Source: a bacterium | GTDB lineage: Bacteria; Chloroflexota; Limnocylindria; Limnocylindrales; Limnocylindraceae | Reading direction: 5' to 3' | Length of the DNA stretch: 54,758 nt | Assembly: GCA_037128565.1 (NCBI GenBank) | Contig: JBAXWE010000001.1 | Location: forward strand, 1-54,758 | Shown: positions 36,133 to 44,536 of the stretch, in pieces | How positions within the stretch are numbered: position 1 is the first letter of the stretch | Layout of the letters: the number at the start of each line of letters is the position of its first letter | Position numbers and translations under genes: made by a program | The notes under the pieces: generated by a model | What the model was told of the DNA's origin: nothing | The model's input: the letters and a program-made list of their open reading frames with translations, nothing else | The model's database searches: none

Positions 36133-37433
36133 CTCACTCGCGCTGATAGGAGTGCCGCCACTCGGTCCAAGATCGCGTCAGCCACAACACGCTTTGGTGC
36201 TGGGCCCACTCGGGTGACGAGGCTGTCGGCTCCAATGATCTCGCCAGCATTCTCGGCGCTCTCGAAGCCGATGCCGGGGGCGGTGACGTCATTAGCAACG
36301 ATCAGGTCAAGATCCTTGTGCTGCAACTTTTCGCGTGCCCGCGGCGTGGCACTCGCCTCTGCCGAGAAGCCCACGAGCAGTGTCTGGCGCGTAGCACGTG
36401 CGCCGAGTGCCTGTGCGATGCCTGCGAGCAGGTCGGGGGTAGGCGTGAGGCGCAGGGTGATCTCGCCATCGCGACGAAGCTTCTCAGCTAGCGGTCCACC
36501 CGCGACACGGAAATCAGAGACGGCAGCGGTGGCGATGAGCGCATCAGCGGGCATTGCTGCACTGCCGTTCGGCTCGGCGAGGAGTGCGTTTCTCAGTGCG
36601 GCATCGAGTGCGTCGACGCTCATGGCGCGCACGATGGTGACACCCTCAGGGAGCGGCACGCTGACGCGCGCGGCAATCAGGGTGACGTCGGCGCCGCGAT
36701 CACGCGCAGCCTCTGCAAGGGCAATCCCCTGACGACCTGACGAACGGTTCGCCAAGATGCGCACGGCATCAATCGGCTCTTCGGTGCCACCTGCTGTAAC
36801 GACGATTCTGCGACCCGAGAGATCGCCAGTGGGTACTGCTGGTGGACGGCGGCTCTCGTTCGGTTCGCGAATTGGTGCGGCACCAATCGCGGCCACCACA
36901 GCGTCAATAATCGCGGTCGTTTCGGCGAGGCGGCCGACGCCCGTCGCGCCACTCGCGAGCGCGCCACTCTCAGGCGCGACAAGCGTGTAGCCAAAGGCAT
37001 CGTGTAGCCGCGCTGCATTCGTTTGTGTGGCGGGGTGCGCCCACATCTCGCCATCCATAGCGGGGGCGACGATCACGGGTGCAGTGGTAGCAAGGCAGGC
37101 GGCGGTGACTACGTCTCCGGCGAGACCGCTCGCCATGGCGCCGATCCATTGGGCAGTCGCTGGTGCAATCAGCATCGCATCGGCTGAATCGGCGGCAACA
37201 ATGTGGCCGATGCGACCGTCGGGTAGCAGGTCGAGCAGGTCGGCATCAACGGCGTGCCCAGTAAGGGTGCGCAATGTGAGGGGCGAGACGAACCGTGTGG
37301 CGGCGGGGGTAAGGAGCACCTGCACATCGGCACCCTCGGCGCGGAGTGCGCGCACGATCTCAGGTGACTTGTAGGCGGCAATGGAGCCAGTGATGCCAAG
37401 GACGACGAGTCGTCCGGTCAGTCGCTTGCTCAT
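36129..37433 (-). CDS. coaBC: Bifunctional phosphopantothenoylcysteine decarboxylase / phosphopantothenate--cysteine ligase
   Basis: LGITGSIAAYK flavoprotein N-domain, PAMDGEMW, and a C-terminal CoaB domain (VTAGGTEEPIDAVRILANRSSG). Start moved to ATG 37433, which forms an ATGA overlap with the coaX stop. Confidence 0.92.
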   Translation of the reverse strand: MSKRLTGRLVVLGITGSIAAYKSPEIVRALRAEGADVQVLLTPAATRFVSPLTLRTLTGHAVDADLLDLLPDGRIGHIVAADSADAMLIAPATAQWIGAMASGLAGDVVTAACLATTAPVIVAPAMDGEMWAHPATQTNAARLHDAFGYTLVAPESGALASGATGVGRLAETTAIIDAVVAAIGAAPIREPNESRRPPAVPTGDLSGRRIVVTAGGTEEPIDAVRILANRSSGRQGIALAEAARDRGADVTLIAARVSVPLPEGVTIVRAMSVDALDAALRNALLAEPNGSAAMPADALIATAAVSDFRVAGGPLAEKLRRDGEITLRLTPTPDLLAGIAQALGARATRQTLLVGFSAEASATPRAREKLQHKDLDLIVANDVTAPGIGFESAENAGEIIGADSLVTRVGPAPKRVVADAILDRVAALLSARVS

Positions 37434-38233
37434 GCGCGCACCGGTGCGGGGAGTGCTTGGATTGCCCGCAGAACAAATTCGGCATCCCGATGATCGGCAA
37501 CAACTGTGGCGCACCAGCCGGCGAGTGCTGCACCGCCACTCAGCACCACGGCGGGAGTCGGCGCACCTGGATCTCGTCGTGACATCTCCTCGATCGACTC
37601 TGCGATCAGTGCGGTGAGAGCACCGCGGGCGCCGCGAAGAATTCCGGCGCTGAGCGCTTCAGCGGTATTCGCCCCAATCGGCCCAGCAAGGTCGGGACTC
37701 TCGTCATAGATGGCAACGAGTGGGAGTGCGGCGGCGCCGCTCGCCAGGGCGCGCGCTGCGAGTAATGGCGAGGGGCTGATTGCGCCACCAATGAGGTGAC
37801 CACTTCGATCGACGCAGGTAAGGGTCAGCGCTGTGCCGAGGGTCACTGCAATCGCCCCGCGACCGCGTGGCGCTCCAAATTCGGTATAGGCGAGCCAGGC
37901 GGCAAGGAGTCGATCAATGCCAATCTGAGCAGGAGGGGTGAGGGCGAGCGTAAGTGGAATATCCTCAATGATCACGAATTCAATCGGCAACTCGGCGCTC
38001 TTCGCTACGGCGCGGAGTGCATCGGAGCCGGCGGGCACCACGCTCGCGACACGAATCGTTGCGGGCTCGGCTCCTCGCTGAGCATCAGCACGGATCGCGG
38101 CGATCAGCTCGGCGGCGACGCCGCCCCAGGCTGCGGCATCACGGGGATCGACAGGAGCGGGTAGGCGCAGAACGGCACCGCCAAGCAAGGCGGCCTTCGC
38201 CGCACTATTCCCGAGATCAACGGCGTAGCGCAC
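37430..38233 (-). CDS. coaX: Type III pantothenate kinase
   Basis: AVDLGNSAAK N-terminal ASKHA phosphate motif, GIDR, and SGGAA near the C-terminus. GTG start. Confidence 0.88.
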   Translation of the reverse strand: MRYAVDLGNSAAKAALLGGAVLRLPAPVDPRDAAAWGGVAAELIAAIRADAQRGAEPATIRVASVVPAGSDALRAVAKSAELPIEFVIIEDIPLTLALTPPAQIGIDRLLAAWLAYTEFGAPRGRGAIAVTLGTALTLTCVDRSGHLIGGAISPSPLLAARALASGAAALPLVAIYDESPDLAGPIGANTAEALSAGILRGARGALTALIAESIEEMSRRDPGAPTPAVVLSGGAALAGWCATVVADHRDAEFVLRAIQALPAPVRA

Positions 38234-38299
38234 CGCTTAATGATAGGGCGGGCGGCGTGGGTGCGGCGGGGAGCCGCTCTGCGGTAGGCTCTCACCCTC

Positions 38300-38770
38300 A
38301 TGGATCACGAACAGCACGACCGTGCCCCCGGCCTCTTCGTTAATCGAGGCCTTGTCGTGCAGCGCGCGGATAAGGCGAATATCCTCCGCCCCCTCCTGCA
38401 CCAGACAGTCTCGTACCGCCACCTCCGAGATGGCGAGCAGATGGTACGCGGTCACGGCTGGGTCGAGGAGGTGTTGGGCGACGACCCCGAGGTCTCGTCG
38501 ATCTTTACCCCGCTCACCATCACCATCAATGTCGATGCCTTCGAGAGCATCGAGTTTGATCTGAGTGAGCCAGGGAACCTGCGCTATGTGCTGCGCTCCG
38601 GCGCCGATGCGGTGGAGATTGAGTACCAGGCCGGCACGCAGATTCCAGATGCTGCGCCCGTGAAGAGCTGGTTGGAATACCGCGGCGAACAGTATGTGCA
38701 GATTGAACTACCAACTGGGGCATGGCCAACGGCGAGCGACGATAAACCGCACTCGAACGAGATCGGCTAA
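38300..38770 (+). CDS. Hypothetical protein (start uncertain)
   Basis: The 3' two-thirds (about 38456-38770) has no competing ORF and ends 9 nt before ndk. The 5' third is antisense to an equally plausible 72-aa minus-strand ORF (38237..38455) that ends 3 nt before coaX. Confidence 0.4.
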   Translation: MDHEQHDRAPGLFVNRGLVVQRADKANILRPLLHQTVSYRHLRDGEQMVRGHGWVEEVLGDDPEVSSIFTPLTITINVDAFESIEFDLSEPGNLRYVLRSGADAVEIEYQAGTQIPDAAPVKSWLEYRGEQYVQIELPTGAWPTASDDKPHSNEIG

Positions 38771-38779
38771 CCTGCCCCT

Positions 38780-39247
38780 ATGAGCACCAGCCAGCGCACC
38801 CTTGTCCTCGTCAAGCCAGACGGCGTTCAGCGCCAGCTTGCTGGCCGCGTGATCACGCGATTCGAAGAGCGCGGCCTTAAGATCGTCGCCCTGAAGATCA
38901 CGCCGGTGAGCGCCAAGCTCGCTGAGACCCACTACGCCGTGCATGCGCAACGACCCTTCTTCAAGGGCCTCGTGGAATTCATCTCGTCGGGCCCAGTGGT
39001 GGCGATGGTCCTTGAAGGGCCGAACGCCATCGCCGTCGTTCGCTCAATGGTCGGCGCAACGAAGCCACACGAGTCAGCCCCAGGAACCATTCGCGGCGAC
39101 TTCGCGCTCGAGACCGCAAAGAATTTGATTCACGCATCTGATGCACCAGAGACGGCGGCAGCAGAGATCGCACTCTGGTTCCCAGAGGGTGGTCTTGTTG
39201 AGTACACCCGCGCTACTGACGCCTGGATCCTCTCCGACGAGGAGTAG
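38780..39247 (+). CDS. ndk: Nucleoside diphosphate kinase
   Basis: TLVLVKPDGVQR, GATKP...PGTIRGDF and NLIHASD (active-site His) motifs. Confidence 0.95.
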   Translation: MSTSQRTLVLVKPDGVQRQLAGRVITRFEERGLKIVALKITPVSAKLAETHYAVHAQRPFFKGLVEFISSGPVVAMVLEGPNAIAVVRSMVGATKPHESAPGTIRGDFALETAKNLIHASDAPETAAAEIALWFPEGGLVEYTRATDAWILSDEE

Positions 39248-39255
39248 TTCGCCCC

Positions 39256-39270
39256 GCGACCACTGGTCGC
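39256..39270. terminator. Short palindromic hairpin GCGACCA-C-TGGTCGC between convergent ndk and the membrane-protein gene
   Basis: Read directly. 7-bp arms with no U-tract, and it overlaps the stop codon of the minus-strand gene. Confidence 0.3.
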
Positions 39271-40859
39271 TATGGCGCCGGCGAGATCTCCACACTACCT
39301 GACGGGCTTACTTCTGGCGAAACCTCTGGTGAATTCATCGCGCTCGGCGAGGGCTCAATACTTGGCGTGGCACTTGGCTCGCCGCTCGGCCCTGGCGCAA
39401 AACTCGTGGCTGGCGAAACACTCGGCGCCGGAGGAAGTGGGCCAGTCCCACCCGATTCGACGGCAAGCCACCCTGCTGCTGCGGCCGCAACGAAGAGCGC
39501 CCCACCAATAAGAGAAATAGTGATCAGATTCGCAAGCGGTCGAGTTTCAACTTCACGCACCGCTTGACTCTGCGGCGTGAAACCCACAAGGAGGAGTCGA
39601 ATTGCCGCAACGATCAACATGATCTGACCGACGATCGCGAAGATCGCAATGAGCGGATTGCCACCTAGCAGCAGAAGATTTAGTCGGGCTGCTAGCACGG
39701 CGCCGGGCGGCAGTGCAGCGAGCGCAATGATCGCGGCCATGAGCACAATCCCGTGTGCACCGGTGTGACGAGCCCAGCCACCAAGTTCACTAATGGAGGT
39801 GGTGCGATATCGTCGGCGCACGCTGACCAGCCAGAGGCCGAAGAGCGAGATGATCAAGATGCCTGGCAAAACGATCAGGCGAGACGAAGTGTCAGTTGGT
39901 GACTGCAGCGCCGCTGCCGCGGCGAGCGCTAACCATCCGGCGTTGCCCACGGCCATGAATCCAACGATCTCACCAATATCGTCGTGGAGAAGGGCAGAGA
40001 CAGCTCCGAAGATGAGCGTTGCCGCTCCGGCCAGCAGGATTCCAGGCACGATTGCACCACCGAGCGGGTCCGTGATGCTACTTGCGAGCGCTGAGAGCTC
40101 ACTCATGACAATGAGGGCGAGTGCCGACGGGATCCATACGCCGACGAGCAGCGATCCCACAATCGGGAGCGCCTCAAAGATTTTGATGAGTCGGTGATGG
40201 AAGGGGAAGACCCCCGCAGCCACGATGACGACGAGTGAGACGCCGAGCGCGGTGCCTGCGGCGAGCGATGCAGGTGTGGCGTAGGAGGCGTCGATTGCAG
40301 CGTAAGAGATTGCGGTGCGCAAAATTTCAGCGATCACGACAGCCGGGAGTAGAAGTGAGACGGTTCGCAGGTCTCGGAAGACCGCACGGGCACGCCCCAC
40401 ATCATCTTTACCACTCGCCGCCGCGCCAGAGATCCCAAGGCTTGCGAAGAGGAGGAGCGCAATCGGCGCGATGCCGGATGGAATCGCCAACGCTAAGTCA
40501 ATCGCGGCGATACCGAAGAGGGCGATCTGCCCCATGGTGGCCGCGCGGCGGCCTTCGCCAGCGCCGACGATCACTGCGAAGACGATGCCTCCTAGTAGGA
40601 CGAGCAGACGACCTGGCTCTGATGGATCAATCGTGATCTGGCTGATCTTGAGCGTCGAGAGGTAGCCAGCACCAGCGAGCCCTGCACCGACAGACGTTGC
40701 GAGCAGCAAGATCTGCACGCCGTAGGTTGCATATGCCGCGCCGTCATCATGTTGCCGACCGCGCCAGAGTCGAATGAGCGGAAGAAGGGCGAGTGAGCTG
40801 AGCGCCAGAAGAATTGGAAAGAGGGCGCGGATCGCCGTCAGTACACCTTCGACGGTCAC
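39270..40859 (-). CDS. Polytopic membrane protein, divergent NuoN/MrpD-type antiporter-like (proton-conducting membrane transporter superfamily) with Ser/Pro-rich C-terminal tail
   Basis: Three colinear motif matches to NuoL/M/N-type subunits: VFPFHHRLIKIFEALP (compare PFHxWLPDxYEGAP), FGAVSALLHDDIGEIVGFMAVGNAGWL (compare GxLxALxQxxxKRxLAYSSIxHxG) and ISELGGW...LAALPPGAVLAARL (compare LxGLxxxxP...LSLAGxPPxxGFxxK). About 13-14 TM segments. Confidence 0.55.
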   Translation of the reverse strand: MTVEGVLTAIRALFPILLALSSLALLPLIRLWRGRQHDDGAAYATYGVQILLLATSVGAGLAGAGYLSTLKISQITIDPSEPGRLLVLLGGIVFAVIVGAGEGRRAATMGQIALFGIAAIDLALAIPSGIAPIALLLFASLGISGAAASGKDDVGRARAVFRDLRTVSLLLPAVVIAEILRTAISYAAIDASYATPASLAAGTALGVSLVVIVAAGVFPFHHRLIKIFEALPIVGSLLVGVWIPSALALIVMSELSALASSITDPLGGAIVPGILLAGAATLIFGAVSALLHDDIGEIVGFMAVGNAGWLALAAAAALQSPTDTSSRLIVLPGILIISLFGLWLVSVRRRYRTTSISELGGWARHTGAHGIVLMAAIIALAALPPGAVLAARLNLLLLGGNPLIAIFAIVGQIMLIVAAIRLLLVGFTPQSQAVREVETRPLANLITISLIGGALFVAAAAAGWLAVESGGTGPLPPAPSVSPATSFAPGPSGEPSATPSIEPSPSAMNSPEVSPEVSPSGSVEISPAP

Positions 40860-41464
40860 TGCTCCTCCTCAGCGTTTGCGATGCGCGATGCAACGCTCCC
40901 ACCCACCAGTAGGATGCAGGCAAATCCTGCGCCAATCGCGAGCGCGGCGAGTGGATCGAGGGCCCCGAAAATAGAGGTGCGCAAAAGAAGCGTGCCCGAG
41001 AGGGTGACGACTGCGGCACGCGTCGTCGCCTCGATGAATCGACTGGTGAGGAGCGGTGGCAGTCCTACAACTAGGAGCGCTACGCCAGCGGCGCGCAACG
41101 CACCGCTGCTCGATTCAATCGGGAGCGCGAGCGGAACGAGTCCCAGCAGGAGGCCAGCGGCAGCACTCGCCACGACAACGGGATGTGCACGAAGTGTGGC
41201 AATGAGTGTGCGAAGTGCCAAGTCGTGCCGCAGCGCCCCTGGCTCAAAGAGACCTTCGGGGACGGTAATGATCAGGCCGATCCCGATAGCCGAGACGCGT
41301 AGGATGAGGCCGATGTGGCTCGGATCAGCGAGCGAAAACTCCAAGGCGCTCGAGGTGACCGCGAGGAGTGCGATGGCAACCCATGCACCGCGACCGGCGC
41401 TGGTGACGGCGAGCGTGCCGGCAAGGATGGCGAGCACGACGAGAGGGAGTTCGAGGTTGGGCAT
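40856..41464 (-). CDS. Hypothetical integral membrane protein (about 6 TM)
   Basis: ATG directly follows the lepB TAA, and there is a 4-nt overlap with the downstream antiporter-like gene. Wholly hydrophobic. Confidence 0.55.
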   Translation of the reverse strand: MPNLELPLVVLAILAGTLAVTSAGRGAWVAIALLAVTSSALEFSLADPSHIGLILRVSAIGIGLIITVPEGLFEPGALRHDLALRTLIATLRAHPVVVASAAAGLLLGLVPLALPIESSSGALRAAGVALLVVGLPPLLTSRFIEATTRAAVVTLSGTLLLRTSIFGALDPLAALAIGAGFACILLVGGSVASRIANAEEEQ

Positions 41465-42031
41465 TTACGGGGTGGCCTGACGGTAGGTAGGAGGGGTAAG
41501 TATGGTGAGGAGATTGATCGGAAAGTAGCGCAACACCGCTCGCCCGATCACACTCGACGTTGGCACTGGACCGTACGCTCGCGAATCTGATGAGTTGGAG
41601 CGATGGTCGCCAAAGACGAGTAGCTCCGTTGGGCCAAGCGCCCAGTGGCCCGATTCACCCAAGCCGTCTGAGCCGCCATCACGGTAGATGTATGGCTCCT
41701 CAATCGGCACACCATCAATACTGACGTGGCCGTCCGTTATGTCGACAGTTTCACCTGGGAGTCCGATGACACGCTTGATGTATGGGGTGCCCGAGACATC
41801 GGCGGGCCAGGTGCTCGGCGGATGGAAGATCACGATGTCGCCACGGTGGTATCCGGTCAGCGCCGCAGTGAGCTTGTCCGCCAACACGTACTGGCCAGGC
41901 TCGAGGCTTTGGCGCATGGAGCCCTGCTCGACCCTAAAGGGCTGCGCCACGAAGGTCTGCAGGAGATAGAAGGCGAGGATGGTCAGCGCCACCGTCTGCA
42001 CGATCTCTATGGCAAGTTTTTGGAGGCGCAT
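41465..42031 (-). CDS. lepB: Signal peptidase I (S26 family)
   Basis: N-terminal TM, GSMRQSLEPGQYVLADK (catalytic Ser box), YIKRVIGLPGE (Lys box) and GDHRSNSSDSRAYG. Confidence 0.92.
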   Translation of the reverse strand: MRLQKLAIEIVQTVALTILAFYLLQTFVAQPFRVEQGSMRQSLEPGQYVLADKLTAALTGYHRGDIVIFHPPSTWPADVSGTPYIKRVIGLPGETVDITDGHVSIDGVPIEEPYIYRDGGSDGLGESGHWALGPTELLVFGDHRSNSSDSRAYGPVPTSSVIGRAVLRYFPINLLTILTPPTYRQATP

Positions 42032-42063
42032 CCCGCTGAGTATAGGCGGGGGAGGGTGAGCGG

Positions 42064-42093
42064 TTGACCCACGGCGGGGCCTCCCCGTACCAT
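42064..42093 (+). promoter_or_regulatory. Candidate sigma-70-type promoter for hppA (TTGACC-N18-TACCAT)
   Basis: Hexamers read directly. A promoter here would give a 5' leader of about 125 nt containing several hairpins. Confidence 0.35.
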
Positions 42094-42222
42094 CACCTCA
42101 CTGGGAGCCATCCCAGCGGGTCGCACTTGTGACCTGGAGCCCGACAGACGCCCGACCCGAAGCGCGGTGCTAGGCACCGCGGCCACGCGACGGATCTGGA
42201 CGCATCGGAGGAGTGACTAAAA

Positions 42223-44424
42223 ATGGAAATTACCTCGGCAACGCTGCAGGGGCTTGTGCTCCCCGCAGCCGTCATCGCAATCCTCTTCGCCTTACTCATG
42301 GCTAGCGATGTGCTGCGCCGCGATAAGGGGACTCGTGCAATGCAAGACGTCGCTGGCATGATCTTTGAGGGCGCTGTTGCCTTCATGCGACGTCAGTACC
42401 TCACCATCGGCATTCTCTCCGTGGCGATGGCCGTGCTGATCGGCGCGCTGATTGCCAGTTTTGAAACCCCAGCCGTCGCCGACACCTCGGTCTACGGCGT
42501 TGATCTCGGAATTCGAACAGGGATCGCATTCCTTTTCGGTGCGGTCTGCTCGATGGCATCCGGCGTGATCGGTATGTACATCAGCGTGAAGGCCAATCTG
42601 CGCACCACCGCCGCTGCGCGACAGGGCGTTGTTAAGGCGGTTCAGGTCGCCATGCGCGGCGGAGCCGTCTCCGGCTTCCTCGTCGCGGCACTTTCGCTCC
42701 TCGGTGTCTACGCCGTATTCGTCGTCTTCGGCGGCCTCGAGCGCCCAGCCGAGGCGCCATTCCTCATCGTTGGCTACGGCTTCGGTGCGTCATTTGTTGC
42801 ACTCTTCGCGCAGCTCGGCGGTGGTATCTACACCAAGGCCGCAGACGTTGGCTCCGACCTCGTTGGCAAAGTTGAGAAGGGAATCCCAGAGGATGACCCT
42901 CGCAATGCAGGCGTGATTGCCGACCTCGTTGGCGACAACGTTGGCGACTGCGCCGGCCGCGGCGCCGACCTCTTCGAGTCAACCGCCGCCGAGAACATCG
43001 GCGCGATGATCTTGGGCGTCGGTGCCTTCAAGATTGCGCAGTCCATGGGCTGGGCACACCCAGAGTCCTGGATCTTCTTCCCACTTGTCGTGCACGCCTT
43101 CGGGCTTCTCAGCACGATCGTTGCAATGGTCTTCGTGCGCGGCAACGACAAAGAGAATCCAATGAACATCTTGAACCGTGGCTACTGGGCGACCACCATC
43201 TTCTCTGCAGCTGGCCTCGCGCTTGCCTGCTCAGTCATGTTGAACGCCGGCACGTCGAATGCGTGGCTCTGGTTCTTCGGTGCTGGCTTGGTCGGCCTCG
43301 CCACCAGCGTGGCGTTCGTCTATATCACCCAGTTCTACACCGCTGGCTCGTATCGCCCCGTGCGCGAGATCGCACAGGCGAGTCGCACGGGCGCAGGTAC
43401 GAACATCATTGCTGGTACCGCGGTTGGTTTTGAGACCACGTTGGTGACCGCCGTCTCCATTTCGGCGGCGATCTTCGCCTCGAACTGGCTCGGCACGCAG
43501 GCTGGCATCGCCGCTGGGCTCTCGGGCGCTGCACTCGAGAAGTTCGGCATCTTCGGCACCGCCGTTGCAACGGTCGGCATGCTCATGACCACCGCCTACA
43601 TCTTGGCGATGGACACGTTCGGGCCAATCACCGACAACGCTGGTGGTATTGCTGAGTTCAGCCGCGCCCCAGAGAAGGTGCGCGCCGTCACCGACAAGCT
43701 TGATGCTGTCGGCAACACGACCAAGGCCCTCACCAAGGGGTATGCGATTGCCTCGGCATCGCTTGCAGCCTTCCTTCTCTTCTCGGCCTATCTCGACAAG
43801 GTGAACCTCATCCTTGAGCGCGCCGGCAAGCCGCTCATTGAGTCGGTCAACTTGGCGCACGTGAACGTCTTCATTGGCGCCTTCATCGGCGCGATGCTCG
43901 CGTACTTCTTCAGCTCGCTCGCTATTCGCGCCGTTGGGCGCACGGCGCAGGCGATCATCGTGGAAGTGCGACGCCAGTTCCGTGAGATTCCTGGAATCAT
44001 GACCTACAAGGCGCGTCCGGATTACGCGCGCGTCGTTGATATCACCACCATTGCCGCCCTGCGTGAAATGATCGCGCCAGGGTTGGTTGCGGTGGCAACC
44101 CCTGTCCTCGTTGGGCTGCTGCTCGGCGCTGAGGCGGTTGCGGGCATGCTGATTGTGGGAACGATCAGCGGCGTGCTGCTGGCCACCGTGTTGAATAACT
44201 CCGGCGGTGCATGGGATAACGCCAAGAAGTTCATCGAATCGGGCGGACTCAAGGATGAGAAGGGGAGGGTCCTCGGCAAGGGGAGCGACGCCCACGCGGC
44301 CGCCGTTGTTGGCGACACCGTAGGCGACCCATTCAAGGACACCGCTGGCCCATCGCTGCACGTCCTCGTGAAGCTGCTGGCCACGGTCACCCTGGTGCTC
44401 GCCCCACTCTTTATCCGCGGGTAG
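42223..44424 (+). CDS. hppA: Membrane-bound proton/sodium-translocating pyrophosphatase
   Basis: GGIYTKAADVGSDLVGKVE, DPRNAGVIADLVGDNVGDCAGRGADLFES and AVVGDTVGDPFKDTAGPSLH signatures. 733 aa, about 16 TM segments. Confidence 0.96.
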   Translation: MEITSATLQGLVLPAAVIAILFALLMASDVLRRDKGTRAMQDVAGMIFEGAVAFMRRQYLTIGILSVAMAVLIGALIASFETPAVADTSVYGVDLGIRTGIAFLFGAVCSMASGVIGMYISVKANLRTTAAARQGVVKAVQVAMRGGAVSGFLVAALSLLGVYAVFVVFGGLERPAEAPFLIVGYGFGASFVALFAQLGGGIYTKAADVGSDLVGKVEKGIPEDDPRNAGVIADLVGDNVGDCAGRGADLFESTAAENIGAMILGVGAFKIAQSMGWAHPESWIFFPLVVHAFGLLSTIVAMVFVRGNDKENPMNILNRGYWATTIFSAAGLALACSVMLNAGTSNAWLWFFGAGLVGLATSVAFVYITQFYTAGSYRPVREIAQASRTGAGTNIIAGTAVGFETTLVTAVSISAAIFASNWLGTQAGIAAGLSGAALEKFGIFGTAVATVGMLMTTAYILAMDTFGPITDNAGGIAEFSRAPEKVRAVTDKLDAVGNTTKALTKGYAIASASLAAFLLFSAYLDKVNLILERAGKPLIESVNLAHVNVFIGAFIGAMLAYFFSSLAIRAVGRTAQAIIVEVRRQFREIPGIMTYKARPDYARVVDITTIAALREMIAPGLVAVATPVLVGLLLGAEAVAGMLIVGTISGVLLATVLNNSGGAWDNAKKFIESGGLKDEKGRVLGKGSDAHAAAVVGDTVGDPFKDTAGPSLHVLVKLLATVTLVLAPLFIRG

Positions 44425-44448
44425 ATCCGCACGTTCAGGGAGATCTCT

Positions 44449-44482
44449 GAGGCGGCGCTTCCCATTTGGGGGGCGCCGCCTC
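44449..44482 (+). terminator. Stem-loop after hppA (10-bp perfect stem GAGGCGGCGC/GCGCCGCCTC)
   Basis: Read directly, 25 nt after the stop codon. No clear U-tract. Confidence 0.5.
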
Positions 44483-44536
44483 ATGCTATGCCCCCACGGC
44501 GTCAACTAGGCGTACAACGAGAAACGAGGAGGGGTG

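Noticed and set aside
42094-42222. Known riboswitch class in the hppA leader, and likewise in the 140-nt gdh leader (31241-31381)
   Set aside because: I could not match either to a riboswitch or leader consensus that I know. The hppA leader is kept only as a speculative structured-leader finding.
43231-44505. 424-aa minus-strand ORF, and similar long shadows at 23002-24018, 35719-36732, 46629-47630, 13392-14234, 12158-12715, 5312-5782
   Set aside because: Each lies entirely antisense to a gene with unambiguous family motifs (hppA, SBP, panB/coaBC, lysK, ABC ATPase and others). All have Arg/Gly/His-rich shadow composition.
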